This document shows, piece after piece, positions 19,243 through 28,080 of a DNA stretch of 64,000 nt. The stretch lies in the IMG/VR virus record IMGVR_UViG_3300027782_000038. One strand, given 5' to 3'. The DNA comes from a virus. The translations under genes and the position numbers were made by a program. Position 1 is the stretch's first letter. Every line of letters begins with the position of its first letter. Below the pieces are notes generated by a model. The model did not search any database. It was not told the DNA's origin and saw nothing but the letters and a program-made list of their open reading frames with translations.

Positions 19243-19806
19243 ATGTGGTCTTGTAAACATTGTAACGAAGAATTTAATTTTATTACGACTAGTGAAAAAG
19301 GTAATCATACTAGATGGTGTGAAAAAAATCCAAATAGAGTTAGTGTTAATCTTTTAAATTCTATAAAAAATAGAATGATCAATAAATTTGGTGATTATAA
19401 AAAATTTGATGTTATTTGTAATGAATGTAATACAATTTTTATTGTAGAAGAAAGATATAAACTTTTTCCTTCAAAAGAAAAATACTTTTGTTCACGAAAC
19501 TGTGCAAATAGTGTTGGTGGTAAAGCTAAAAGAGAAAAGTATGGTTTAACCGGATATGTTTCTATTGCAAAACAATTTTATGAAGAAAAATGTATAGTTT
19601 GTGGTTATGATGAATTAGTTGATGTTCATCATATAAATGGAGATAGGAATAACAATGAAGCAACAAATTTAGTGTTCCTATGTCCAAATCACCATTATCT
19701 TTTACATAGAAAAAAATCAGAAAAAGTTAAACAAGCAATTTCAGAATTTATAGAAAAAAAATGGGGTCAAGGTGTTGATGACGGCACACGAGATTTGCAA
19801 TCTTGA
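19243..19806 (+). mobile_element. HNH homing endonuclease
   Basis: Zinc motifs, DVHHINGDRNNN..NLVFLCPNHH; TATAAATA at 19216. Confidence 0.88.
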
Positions 19807-19837
19807 AGGTAGAGTTTGATTCTCTATGGCTCCACCA
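19763..19837 (+). tRNA. tRNA-Ala(TGC)
   Basis: G3:U70 pair, loop TTTGCAA, CCA. Confidence 0.85.
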
Positions 19838-19859
19838 AGTTTTAAATAGTGTTCTTTGT

Positions 19860-19934
19860 CTGGGTATATTGTCAATCTGGTAGACGGCCTTGTTTGGAAC
19901 GAGGAGGCTGTAGGTTCAAATCCTACTACCCAGA
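19860..19934 (+). tRNA. tRNA-Pro(TGG)
   Basis: Loop TTTGGAA; no encoded CCA. Confidence 0.85.
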
Positions 19935-19947
19935 CAAAGAACATTAT

Positions 19948-20022
19948 GGAAGTATAGCGTAGAGGTAGCGCAGCGCCTTCATACGGCGTAGGTCGTAAGT
20001 TCAAATCTTACTACTTCCACCA
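19948..20022 (+). tRNA. tRNA-Met(CAT)
   Basis: Loop TTCATAC, CCA. Confidence 0.87.
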
Positions 20023-20027
20023 GTTTT

Positions 20028-20102
20028 AGGTCCTTAGTAAAATGAATATTACATTTCGCTACGAACGAAAAAGTGAAGGTTTGATTCCTTCAGGACCTTC
20101 CA
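20028..20102 (+). tRNA. tRNA-Arg(ACG)
   Basis: Loop CTACGAA, CCA. Confidence 0.83.
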
Positions 20103-20176
20103 AGTATTAAATGCTGGGGTGCTCAGAGGAAGAGCAATGTGTTGATCTATACTAAATAAGTATAGGAGAGTAAAAA

Positions 20177-20779
20177 ATGTCAAAATTTCAAATAAAATGT
20201 TGTTGTATTAAATGTAAGATTGAAACTACAACGGGGCAACTTACACGAAATCATAAAGATAAATGTCCGAGTATTAACGTTGTTAAATTTCCTAAAAATA
20301 TAGGAAGAACCGCATGGAATAAAGGATTAACTAAAGAAACTTCTGAATCTTTATCAAAAGCAAGCGAGACTATGAAAAGATTAGGTCACGGTGGGTGGTC
20401 AAAGACAGCTGCTACAAATGGCGGAAAAGCCGGTGGCGGATATAGAGAGAACGCTGGCCGAAGTAAAAAATTCAAAGTAACAGATTCATTCGGAAAAGAA
20501 ACTGTCTTGCAAAGTACATACGAATTAAGATGTAGTGATATATTAAATGAATTAGCAATTAATTGGATTCGTCCAAAAGCGTTAAAATACGATAATAGGA
20601 ATTACTTTGCTGATTTTTACCTGCCAGATTACAATATCTGGCTTGATCCTAAAAATAGTTATAAAGCAAAGCAAGACGAAGAAAAAATAAGAAAAGTGAT
20701 AGAACAAAACAATGTTAAATTATATATTTTGTTAGAAGAACATCTTACTGAAGAATTTATACAACACCTTTGTAGTTAA
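20177..20779 (+). mobile_element. Putative PD-(D/E)xK homing endonuclease
   Basis: AWNKGLTKET, STYE..YFADFYLP..LDPK; ACTAAATA at 20151. Confidence 0.78.
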
Positions 20780-20839
20780 ATGGTATAACAGCCGCTTGAT
20801 AAGCGGCCATTACAAGTTCAATTCTTGTCGAAGGTACCA
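20766..20839 (+). tRNA. tRNA-Ile(GAT)
   Basis: Loop TTGATAA, CCA; overlaps the endonuclease stop. Confidence 0.87.
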
Positions 20840-20845
20840 AGTTTT

Positions 20846-20920
20846 ATCGCTCTAGTGTCAACGGCAGCACAACTGACTCCAAATCAGCTGGTGAGGGTTC
20901 GAATCCTTCGGGCGGTGCCA
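20846..20920 (+). tRNA. tRNA-Trp(CCA)
   Basis: Loop CTCCAAA, CCA. Confidence 0.88.
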
Positions 20921-20928
20921 AGTTTTAA

Positions 20929-21002
20929 GCGGGTATGATGTAAAGGTAACCTGACACCTTGCCAAGGTGTATTTGAGAGTTCGATTCTCTCTACCCGCTC
21001 CA
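20929..21002 (+). tRNA. tRNA-Gly(GCC)
   Basis: Loop TTGCCAA, U73, CCA. Confidence 0.9.
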
Positions 21003-21022
21003 TTTAACAAGGAGAATATATT

Positions 21023-21499
21023 GTGCGTACTATTGATATTCAAGAAGTAAAATCTTTCATCGAGTCTCAGGGTCCTGATACAAAGATTTATATTGGTGGT
21101 GACTCCGAAAGATTTAATCTTGGTAATGTATGGTACGCTGATTACACTCTTGCTATTGTTGTTCATGTGAATGGAAACAATGGTTGTAAAATTTTCGGTG
21201 AAGTTCAACGTGAACGTGATTGGGATGCTAAAAAAGACCGACCACGGATGCGATTAATGAATGAGGTTTATAAGATTGCCGAATTATATTTAAAGTTACA
21301 AGATGTATTAGAAGATCGTGTGGTAGAAGTTCACTTGGACATTAATCCAAACGAAATGCATGGTTCATCTTGTGTTATTAATGAAGCAATAGGTTACATC
21401 AAAGGTATGTGTAATGTTATTCCTTTGGTTAAACCACAAGCGTTTGCTGCTTCTTATGCAGCAGATAGATTGAAGTTTGTTTTAGATAGAGCAGCATAA
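21023..21499 (+). CDS. RNase H-like YkuK/DUF458 family protein
   Basis: IYIGGDS, RLMNEV, EVHLDIN, ASYAAD. Confidence 0.8.
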   Translation: MRTIDIQEVKSFIESQGPDTKIYIGGDSERFNLGNVWYADYTLAIVVHVNGNNGCKIFGEVQRERDWDAKKDRPRMRLMNEVYKIAELYLKLQDVLEDRVVEVHLDINPNEMHGSSCVINEAIGYIKGMCNVIPLVKPQAFAASYAADRLKFVLDRAA

Positions 21500-21500
21500 C

Positions 21501-21575
21501 GGATTCTTAGCACAGCGGTAGTGCGGCTCCCTTACAAGGAGTAGGTCGTAGGTTCAATCCCTACAGAATCCACCA
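21501..21575 (+). tRNA. tRNA-Val(TAC)
   Basis: Loop CTTACAA, CCA. Confidence 0.9.
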
Positions 21576-21580
21576 ATACT

Positions 21581-21656
21581 GCTGACTTAGCTGATGTGGT
21601 CATAGCGGCGGTTTGAAGAACCGTTGAAGTTGGTTCGATTCCAACAGTTAGCACCA
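21581..21656 (+). tRNA. tRNA-Phe(GAA)
   Basis: Loop TTGAAGA, CCA. Confidence 0.88.
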
Positions 21657-21661
21657 GAATT

Positions 21662-21738
21662 GCCTCGGTGACGTAATTGGTAGCCGTGTTGGTCTTAGAA
21701 ACCAAATTCTGTGGGTTCGAGTCCCACCTGAGGCACCA
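21662..21738 (+). tRNA. tRNA-Leu(TAG), short variable loop
   Basis: Loop CTTAGAA, CCA. Confidence 0.87.
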
Positions 21739-21800
21739 AGTTTACCAATATATCACTTGACTTTAAAACTTGAGTGATATATAATAGTATATAAGAGTTA

Positions 21801-21875
21801 GCCCTCATAGTATAATGGCCATTACAGTTGACTTGTAATCATCAAATCCTAGTTCGATTCCAGGTGGGGGCACCA
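21801..21875 (+). tRNA. tRNA-Thr(TGT)
   Basis: Loop CTTGTAA, CCA; preceded by TTGACT..TATAAT promoter at 21757-21785. Confidence 0.87.
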
Positions 21876-21885
21876 AAGTTTTTAT

Positions 21886-21951
21886 GCGGCGTGTTTAGGA
21901 CAGTGAAGGTGACCAACCTGATCTCTAGTGTCGAAACTAGGCGCCGCTCCA
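21886..21951 (+). ncRNA. Miniature or degenerate tRNA-Gly-like RNA (possible ACC anticodon)
   Basis: GCGGCGT/GCGCCGC-T-CCA acceptor, reduced D arm, CTAGT/ACTAG T stem. Confidence 0.55.
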
Positions 21952-21972
21952 GTTTTTTTATTGTGAGATAAT

Positions 21973-22197
21973 ATGTTTGTTAAATTGACCAATGCTAATC
22001 CTGCTTTTTCAGGTAAACCACTTCTTATTAGGAAAGATTTAATTGTGACTGTGTACGAAGGTACACTAACGCATGAGGATACTTCTACTGAATCAGTAAC
22101 GTTTGTTTTTGCACCACCTCATGGTGAGTGGCAAGTTAAAGAAAGTGTTGAAGAAGTATTACGATCATTAAGAATTGCAACAACAAAGTTAGATTGA
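21973..22197 (+). CDS. Small hypothetical protein (FlbD-like pattern)
   Basis: MFVKLT...WQVKESVEEV. Confidence 0.55.
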   Translation: MFVKLTNANPAFSGKPLLIRKDLIVTVYEGTLTHEDTSTESVTFVFAPPHGEWQVKESVEEVLRSLRIATTKLD

Positions 22198-22205
22198 AGT
22201 TTTAT

Positions 22206-22281
22206 TCCCCAGTAGCTCAGTCGGTAGAGCAAAACACTGTTAATGTTTGGGTCATTGGTTCAAGTCCAGTCTGGGGAGCCA
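22206..22281 (+). tRNA. tRNA-Asn(GTT)
   Basis: Loop CTGTTAA, CCA. Confidence 0.9.
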
Positions 22282-22302
22282 TTTTATAAAAAAGGTAGTA
22301 AT

Positions 22303-22500
22303 ATGAAAGCAGTTTTGTCTAGTGTTATATCAGTATTGGCACTTACTGGATGTGTAGTAACAGATCCATATTATGTTCAACCTGTGCCAATATATGTTCA
22401 ACCTAGACCTGTGTATATCGTTCCGCAAGTTCGTTGTTATTATATGCAACAATGGAATGGTTATAAAAGACAATATCAAACTGTTCATATTTGTCGTTAA
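22303..22500 (+). CDS. Small lipoprotein
   Basis: Signal peptide with LTGC lipobox. Confidence 0.7.
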   Translation: MKAVLSSVISVLALTGCVVTDPYYVQPVPIYVQPRPVYIVPQVRCYYMQQWNGYKRQYQTVHICR

Positions 22501-22511
22501 GAAGTAAATAT

Positions 22512-22585
22512 GCGAGATTAGTTTAATGGTAAAACTCCTTCCTTCCAAGTAGGTGTCATCAGTTCGATTCTGATATCTCGCTCCA
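22512..22585 (+). tRNA. tRNA-Gly(TCC)
   Basis: Loop CTTCCAA, U73, CCA. Confidence 0.88.
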
Positions 22586-22606
22586 CTTAATTTATGGAGA
22601 TTTAAT

Positions 22607-22918
22607 ATGGAAATTATTGCTTTAAAATTAATTACAGGTGAAGATGTTTTAGGTGAACTTGAATCTGAAACAGAACTTGTTGTAGTATTATCTAATCCAG
22701 TTGGTATCGCTGTCGTTCGTGGTAAAGACGGTACACCAAATATCGGATTCTCGCCGTTCCCTATTCATGCGGAACAAAAAAAAGACAACTCAATTGTTTT
22801 CTTAAATAAACACGTTGTTTATCATTATATACCAGCTGAAGATTTTATTACAAATTACAAACAAATCTTTGGTTCAGGTATCGTAGTTCCACCCCAAAAA
22901 CAGATTATTACAGGTTAA
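22607..22918 (+). CDS. Conserved Sm-like hypothetical protein
   Basis: LKLITGEDVLG...YKQIFGSGIVVP. Confidence 0.6.
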   Translation: MEIIALKLITGEDVLGELESETELVVVLSNPVGIAVVRGKDGTPNIGFSPFPIHAEQKKDNSIVFLNKHVVYHYIPAEDFITNYKQIFGSGIVVPPQKQIITG

Positions 22919-24216
22919 TGAGCAAATATTATACAAACGTTCAATGTTTCGGTAACAGTATTCTTTACCGAGGCATTATAGACGGTAAACGTGTTAAACA
23001 GAGAATTGATTATTCTCCATCACTTTATCTCCCATCAAGAAAGAATCCACAGGGAAAATTCAAATCACTAACTGGTCTTCCATTAGATCAAAAAGAATTT
23101 GATGATATTCGTGCAGCCAGAGATTTCATCAAGCAATTTGATGGTCTTCCTGGTGCACCTGTCATCTATGGTCAAAATCGTTTTGAGTATGCTTATATTG
23201 CCGATAACAATAAAGGTATGGTTGATTACGATCAGGATAAAATTCTTATCGGTGTAGTTGATATTGAGGTTGGTTCAGAGAATGGTTTTCCTGATCCATA
23301 CCTTGCAAACGAACCAATCACAGCCATTGGCATTAAGTATCTCAATGGTGAAATGGTTGTATTTGGTTGCGGTGATTATGAGAAGAAAGGTACCGAGATT
23401 TACGTCAAATGTAAAGATGAATGGACACTATGCAAAAAGTTTCTAGAATTATGGCAAAAGAAATGTCCAGATATCATCACAGGATGGAACACAAAGTTCT
23501 TTGATATTCCATATCTCATCAATCGTTTTCGTAAGATTCTTGGTGAAGATGATGCTAAGAAATTATCACCATGGAATTACATTGGTGAACGTAAAACCAC
23601 CATTAATGGTAAACAGTTAATTGCCTATGACATGATGGGTGTTGCATCACTTGATTATATTGAACTATACAAATGGTATGCTCCTGGTGGTAAGTCACAA
23701 GAATCATATCGTTTGGATAACATTGCTCAAAATGAATTGGGTGAAGGTAAAATTTCATATGATGAATATGATAACCTACATTCATTGTATCGTTTGAACT
23801 TTCAATTGTTTATTGAATATAACATCAAAGACGTTGAATTGATTGTTAAGTTGGAAGATAAATTAAAGTTACTTGAGATGGCTGTTACTTTGGCCTACGA
23901 TACTAAATCAAACTATGAGGATGTATTTGCACAGACCCGTATGTGGGACGCAATGACTTATTCTTATCTTTTAGAAAAGGATATCATTGTACCACCACGT
24001 ATCATCAAAGAAAAAGATGGTATGTTTGAAGGTGCATACGTTAAAGAAGTACAAGTTGGTGCTCATGATTGGGTTGCCAGCTTTGACCTAAATTCACTTT
24101 ACCCCCACCTTATGATGCAATATTCCATAAGTCCTGAAAATCTTGTGGAAAGAAGTTATATTGAAGATAGAAAACAAAAATTGATCGAGGAGTTAAAGTT
24201 GAGAAATACTAAATAA
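22918..24216 (+). CDS. gp43: DNA polymerase gp43, fragment 1 (exonuclease plus motif A)
   Basis: DIEV, GWN..FDIPY, YNIKDV, SFDLNSLYPH. Confidence 0.93.
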   Translation: MSKYYTNVQCFGNSILYRGIIDGKRVKQRIDYSPSLYLPSRKNPQGKFKSLTGLPLDQKEFDDIRAARDFIKQFDGLPGAPVIYGQNRFEYAYIADNNKGMVDYDQDKILIGVVDIEVGSENGFPDPYLANEPITAIGIKYLNGEMVVFGCGDYEKKGTEIYVKCKDEWTLCKKFLELWQKKCPDIITGWNTKFFDIPYLINRFRKILGEDDAKKLSPWNYIGERKTTINGKQLIAYDMMGVASLDYIELYKWYAPGGKSQESYRLDNIAQNELGEGKISYDEYDNLHSLYRLNFQLFIEYNIKDVELIVKLEDKLKLLEMAVTLAYDTKSNYEDVFAQTRMWDAMTYSYLLEKDIIVPPRIIKEKDGMFEGAYVKEVQVGAHDWVASFDLNSLYPHLMMQYSISPENLVERSYIEDRKQKLIEELKLRNTK

Positions 24217-24245
24217 GTAGATGTGGTTACTTATTAGGAGAATCA

Positions 24246-24779
24246 ATGAAATACAATATTACCAAAGATAAACTCTATGAATTGTTTATTACCAAGAATA
24301 TGAGAAGGAGTGAGGTTGCCGAATATTTTGGTTGTTCGGATGCCAACATTAAAAAATACCTACAAAAATTTGCCATCAAGAAGCCTTTTGATTTAGAATG
24401 TAAGAATAAAGAACGAAAGGCCTTGTTGAATTGCTTACATTGTAATAATGAATATGAAACACAAAAGTTTCGGACTGAAAGTGATAAGTATGATTCAAAA
24501 TATTGTAGTTATTCCTGTGCTCAAAAAAGTAGATATTTGGGTGGCGACCACAAACGTAGAATCAGAAATGAAATTGCTGCAAGGCGTAGAGCAAGAATTC
24601 GTAACCAAACACCAAAATTGAGTAAAGAAGAAAAGAAAAAGTTACAAGAATATTATTTGATTTGTCCTAAAGGACATGAAGTGGATCACATACAAGCAAT
24701 TGCAAAAGGTGGTTTACATCATCCTGATAACTTACAGATATTGACTATGAATGAGAATAGAAAAAAGTGGTGTAAATAA
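24246..24779 (+). mobile_element. HNH endonuclease inserted in gp43
   Basis: EVDHIQAIAKGGLHHPDNLQ; ACTAAATA at 24207; AGGAG RBS. Confidence 0.88.
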
Positions 24780-25105
24780 TGTTTCGTAATGTAAAAGAAT
24801 TAACAACCGAAGAACTACAAAAAGAAATTCAGGCCATAGAATTATTTGAACAAGAAATTGGTAAAGTCAATGTTGAGAATATGTTGAACAAATCTATTGA
24901 TACTTCTTTTCTTGGTCCAATGAAATGCACCATCACACCTAACGGCCAGATGTTTAGAACCGACCATCAAGGTTTCTTACCAAGAATGATGGAAGAAATG
25001 TATGAAGATCGTAAGAAATTTAAAAAGTTGATGCTCAAGGCTCAACAAGAGTATGAGTTAGTTTTAGCGGAGATTGAAAAAAGAAGAGGTTTGCAAGAAA
25101 AATAA
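24779..25105 (+). CDS. gp43: DNA polymerase gp43, fragment 2 (palm linker plus first finger helix)
   Basis: TITPNGQMF..GFLPRMMEEMYEDRKKFKKLML. Confidence 0.85.
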   Translation: MFRNVKELTTEELQKEIQAIELFEQEIGKVNVENMLNKSIDTSFLGPMKCTITPNGQMFRTDHQGFLPRMMEEMYEDRKKFKKLMLKAQQEYELVLAEIEKRRGLQEK

Positions 25106-25140
25106 TACTAAATAGAGCATGGTCTAAAAAAGGATGATAA

Positions 25141-25917
25141 ATGCCCAATCAATTTAGTGTTATAACAAAAGAAATAGAATCTAAATTAAATGAAATAGAA
25201 AGTATGTTGAAAAGTGGATATAGTGTGGGTGAAATTCAAAAAAAATTGATAAAATATAGTTATAGTGGTATATACAATTGTATTCAAAAGAATGGTTTAT
25301 CCAAATATGTTTCCACTAAAAACATAGGAAAAAGCAGAACATATAAGAAAATGTTAGATGATTATGATAATAACCATGAATTAAATTTTGAAACATTAAA
25401 TCAGTTATATAATGTTGATAAAAAAGATTTATATGAAATTGCTAAAATGTTTGGAGTTAGTCCTTCTGGTGTATTATATCGTATGAGAAAATTGGGTTTA
25501 CAGACCCGAAATAAATCGGAAGCTTCTGAAATCCTTTATATGAAAAAACCTGAACTGAGGGAAACTCATCGTAAAAATGCAAATGAAGGTAAAACAGGAA
25601 TATTCAAAAAAGGAAATAATTATTCAAACACTTGGATAGAAATAGCATTTAGGGAATACTGTGAACTACATAATATACAATTTCAACCACAATTTCAAAT
25701 AACAAAAGATACTCATAGATATGATTTTTTAATTGGCAAAAACATCTTAGTTGAACTTGATGGAACATATTGGCACAACAAGCCAAAACAAAAAGAGAAA
25801 GATGTATTACAGGAAGAATATGCAATAAACAACGGTTTTGTTGTATTGAGGATTACCGATAAACAAATAAAAGAAACAAAAGGTGAATGTTTTGAAATCA
25901 TTAAACGATATGTCTGA
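25141..25917 (+). mobile_element. DUF559/Vsr-like endonuclease with HTH, inserted in gp43
   Basis: RYDF...VELDGTYWH...KD...GFVVLRI; ACTAAATA at 25107. Confidence 0.82.
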
Positions 25918-26996
25918 TTCCGAATTGATTAGTTATAAAAATGAACTGGAAAGGAGAGTTGCAAGATATAATAATTTGCAACTTGCGAAAAAGGTGTCAC
26001 TTTAACTCCGCTTACGGTGCTTTGGGTAGTCAGTACTTTCGTTTTTATGATCTGCGTATGGCACTTGGTGTCACTTCTGCTGGCCAACTTTCCATTAGGT
26101 GGATTGAGTCTAAAATTAACAATTGGATGAATAAAATCATTGGATCTAAAGATGTAGATTATGTTATTGCATCTGATACAGATTCCATTTATCTTCGTAT
26201 GGGTGAATTGGTTGACAAGTTTATCAAAGATACATCCGATAAACAAAAAGTAATCTCACTCATGGATAAAATCTGTGAAGAAAAGATTCAACCATTTATT
26301 GATAAGTCTTATGTTGAGTTAGCTGATTACGTTCATGCATATGATCAAAAGATGCAGATGAAGCGTGAAGGACTATCAGACAAAGGTATTTGGACTGCCA
26401 AGAAACGTTATATTCTAAACGTGTATAATAATGAAGGTGTTCAGTATGCAGAACCTAAGATGAAAGTCATGGGTCTTGAAATGGTCAAATCTTCAACACC
26501 AGCTTCTATTCGTGAAAAGATGAAAGAGTCTATTGGTATTATGTTACGTGGTACTGAACAAGATATTCATAAATTCATTGCTGACTTTAGACAAGAATTT
26601 AAAAAGTTACCTGCTGAAGAAATTTCTTTTCCACGTGGACTGAATGGCTTAGCTAAATACTCAGATGCAGTATCATTGTATAAACTTGGTACACCTATTC
26701 ATGTGAAAGGTGCCATTCTCTATAACAATTATTTGAAACAAAACAATCTTACTAAAAAGTATCCACTCATCCAAGAGGGAGAAAAGGTTAAGTTTACCTA
26801 TTTGAAACTACCAAACCATTTTAAAGATATGGTAATTTCATACCCAAGTAGACTTCCTAAAGAATTAGGCCTTGACAAGTACATAGATTATGATGTACAA
26901 TTTGATAAGGCCTTCTTGGAACCAATCAAAGTCATTCTTAATTGTTTGGGTTGGACAACTGAAAAGGTAAACTCACTGGAAGATTTCTTCAAATAA
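25892..26996 (+). CDS. gp43: DNA polymerase gp43, fragment 3 (motifs B and C, thumb); needs a +1 shift at 26000-26005
   Basis: 0 frame ..YNNLQLAKKVSL* continues in +1 frame as NSAYG..DTDS..KKRY; C-terminal clamp-binding SLEDFF. Confidence 0.85.
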
Positions 26997-27018
26997 ATTA
27001 TTTTGATTAAGGTAAATT

Positions 27019-28080
27019 ATGAGTATTCTTGAAAAAATTAAAAAGAACAGCAGTATAAAAGATTCGGCAATTTTATCCAAATCAAAATTCTTTACTGATA
27101 AAGATATGATTCCGACTTCTGTGCCAATTATTAATGTGGCACTAAGTGGTAGATTGGACGGAGGTTTAACACCTGGCCTTACAATGTGGGCTGGTCCATC
27201 AAAACACTTTAAGACAGCATTTAGTTTATTAATGGCCAAATCATATTTGGACAAATATCCAGATGCTGCTCTTTTGTTTTATGATAGTGAATTTGGTACA
27301 CCACAGTCTTACTTCGACACATTTAATATTGATACTGATCGTGTTCTACATACACCCCTTACTGATATTGAACAATTGAAGTCTGATATTATGCAACAAT
27401 TATCCAATGTTACCCGTGGTGATCACCTTATCATTCTTGTTGATTCAATTGGTAACTTAGCATCAAAGAAAGAAGTTGATGATGCTTTAGAAGGTAAAAC
27501 TGTTGCTGATATGACTAGAGCGAAAGCAGTTAAGTCATTATTCAGAATGGTCACACCACATTTATCAATCAAAGACATTCCAATGGTTGTTGTCAATCAT
27601 ACATACAAAGAAATTGGTATGTTCCCGAAAGATATTGTTGGTGGTGGCACAGGTTCGTATTATTCAGCTGATAACATCTTCATTCTTGGTCGACAACAAG
27701 AAAAAGAAGGTACTGAAATTGTTGGTTATAACTTTATTATTAATGTGGAAAAATCTAGATATGTTAAAGAAAAATCTAAAATACCTGTTTCTGTATCTTT
27801 CACTGGTGGCATTAGTCGGTGGTCTGGTTTACTTGATCTTGCACTTGAATCAGGAAATGTTATTAAACCATCAAACGGATGGTATAGCAAGGTCGACCTT
27901 GAAACTGGGGAAGTAGAAGAAAAGAAGTATCGTGAAAAAGATACAGACACTAAAGAATTTTGGATGTCAATTATCACAAGTAAAACCTTCCGTGATTTTG
28001 TAGAAACAAAGTATAAAGTTGCTTCTACTGAAATTATGCAGGGTGGTGAAGAAAACTTATTTGGAGATATGGAATGTTAA
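27019..28080 (+). CDS. uvsX: UvsX RecA-like recombinase
   Basis: AGPSKHFKT, YDSEFG, DSIGNLAS. Confidence 0.96.
   Translation: MSILEKIKKNSSIKDSAILSKSKFFTDKDMIPTSVPIINVALSGRLDGGLTPGLTMWAGPSKHFKTAFSLLMAKSYLDKYPDAALLFYDSEFGTPQSYFDTFNIDTDRVLHTPLTDIEQLKSDIMQQLSNVTRGDHLIILVDSIGNLASKKEVDDALEGKTVADMTRAKAVKSLFRMVTPHLSIKDIPMVVVNHTYKEIGMFPKDIVGGGTGSYYSADNIFILGRQQEKEGTEIVGYNFIINVEKSRYVKEKSKIPVSVSFTGGISRWSGLLDLALESGNVIKPSNGWYSKVDLETGEVEEKKYREKDTDTKEFWMSIITSKTFRDFVETKYKVASTEIMQGGEENLFGDMEC

Noticed and set aside
18940-21208. ORFs 18940-19173, 18950-19204, 19741-20004 and 20858-21208
   Set aside because: Translations of tRNA sequence (GIEP/GFEP are reverse T loops).
24216-25917. Group I introns or inteins in gp43
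   Set aside because: Spacers are too short for ribozyme cores, no intein C/HN termini, and each fragment has its own start and stop.
25941-26003. MNWKGELQ.. as the true start of polymerase fragment 3
   Set aside because: It would lack the finger helix and catalytic Lys of motif B, which are encoded in the other frame.
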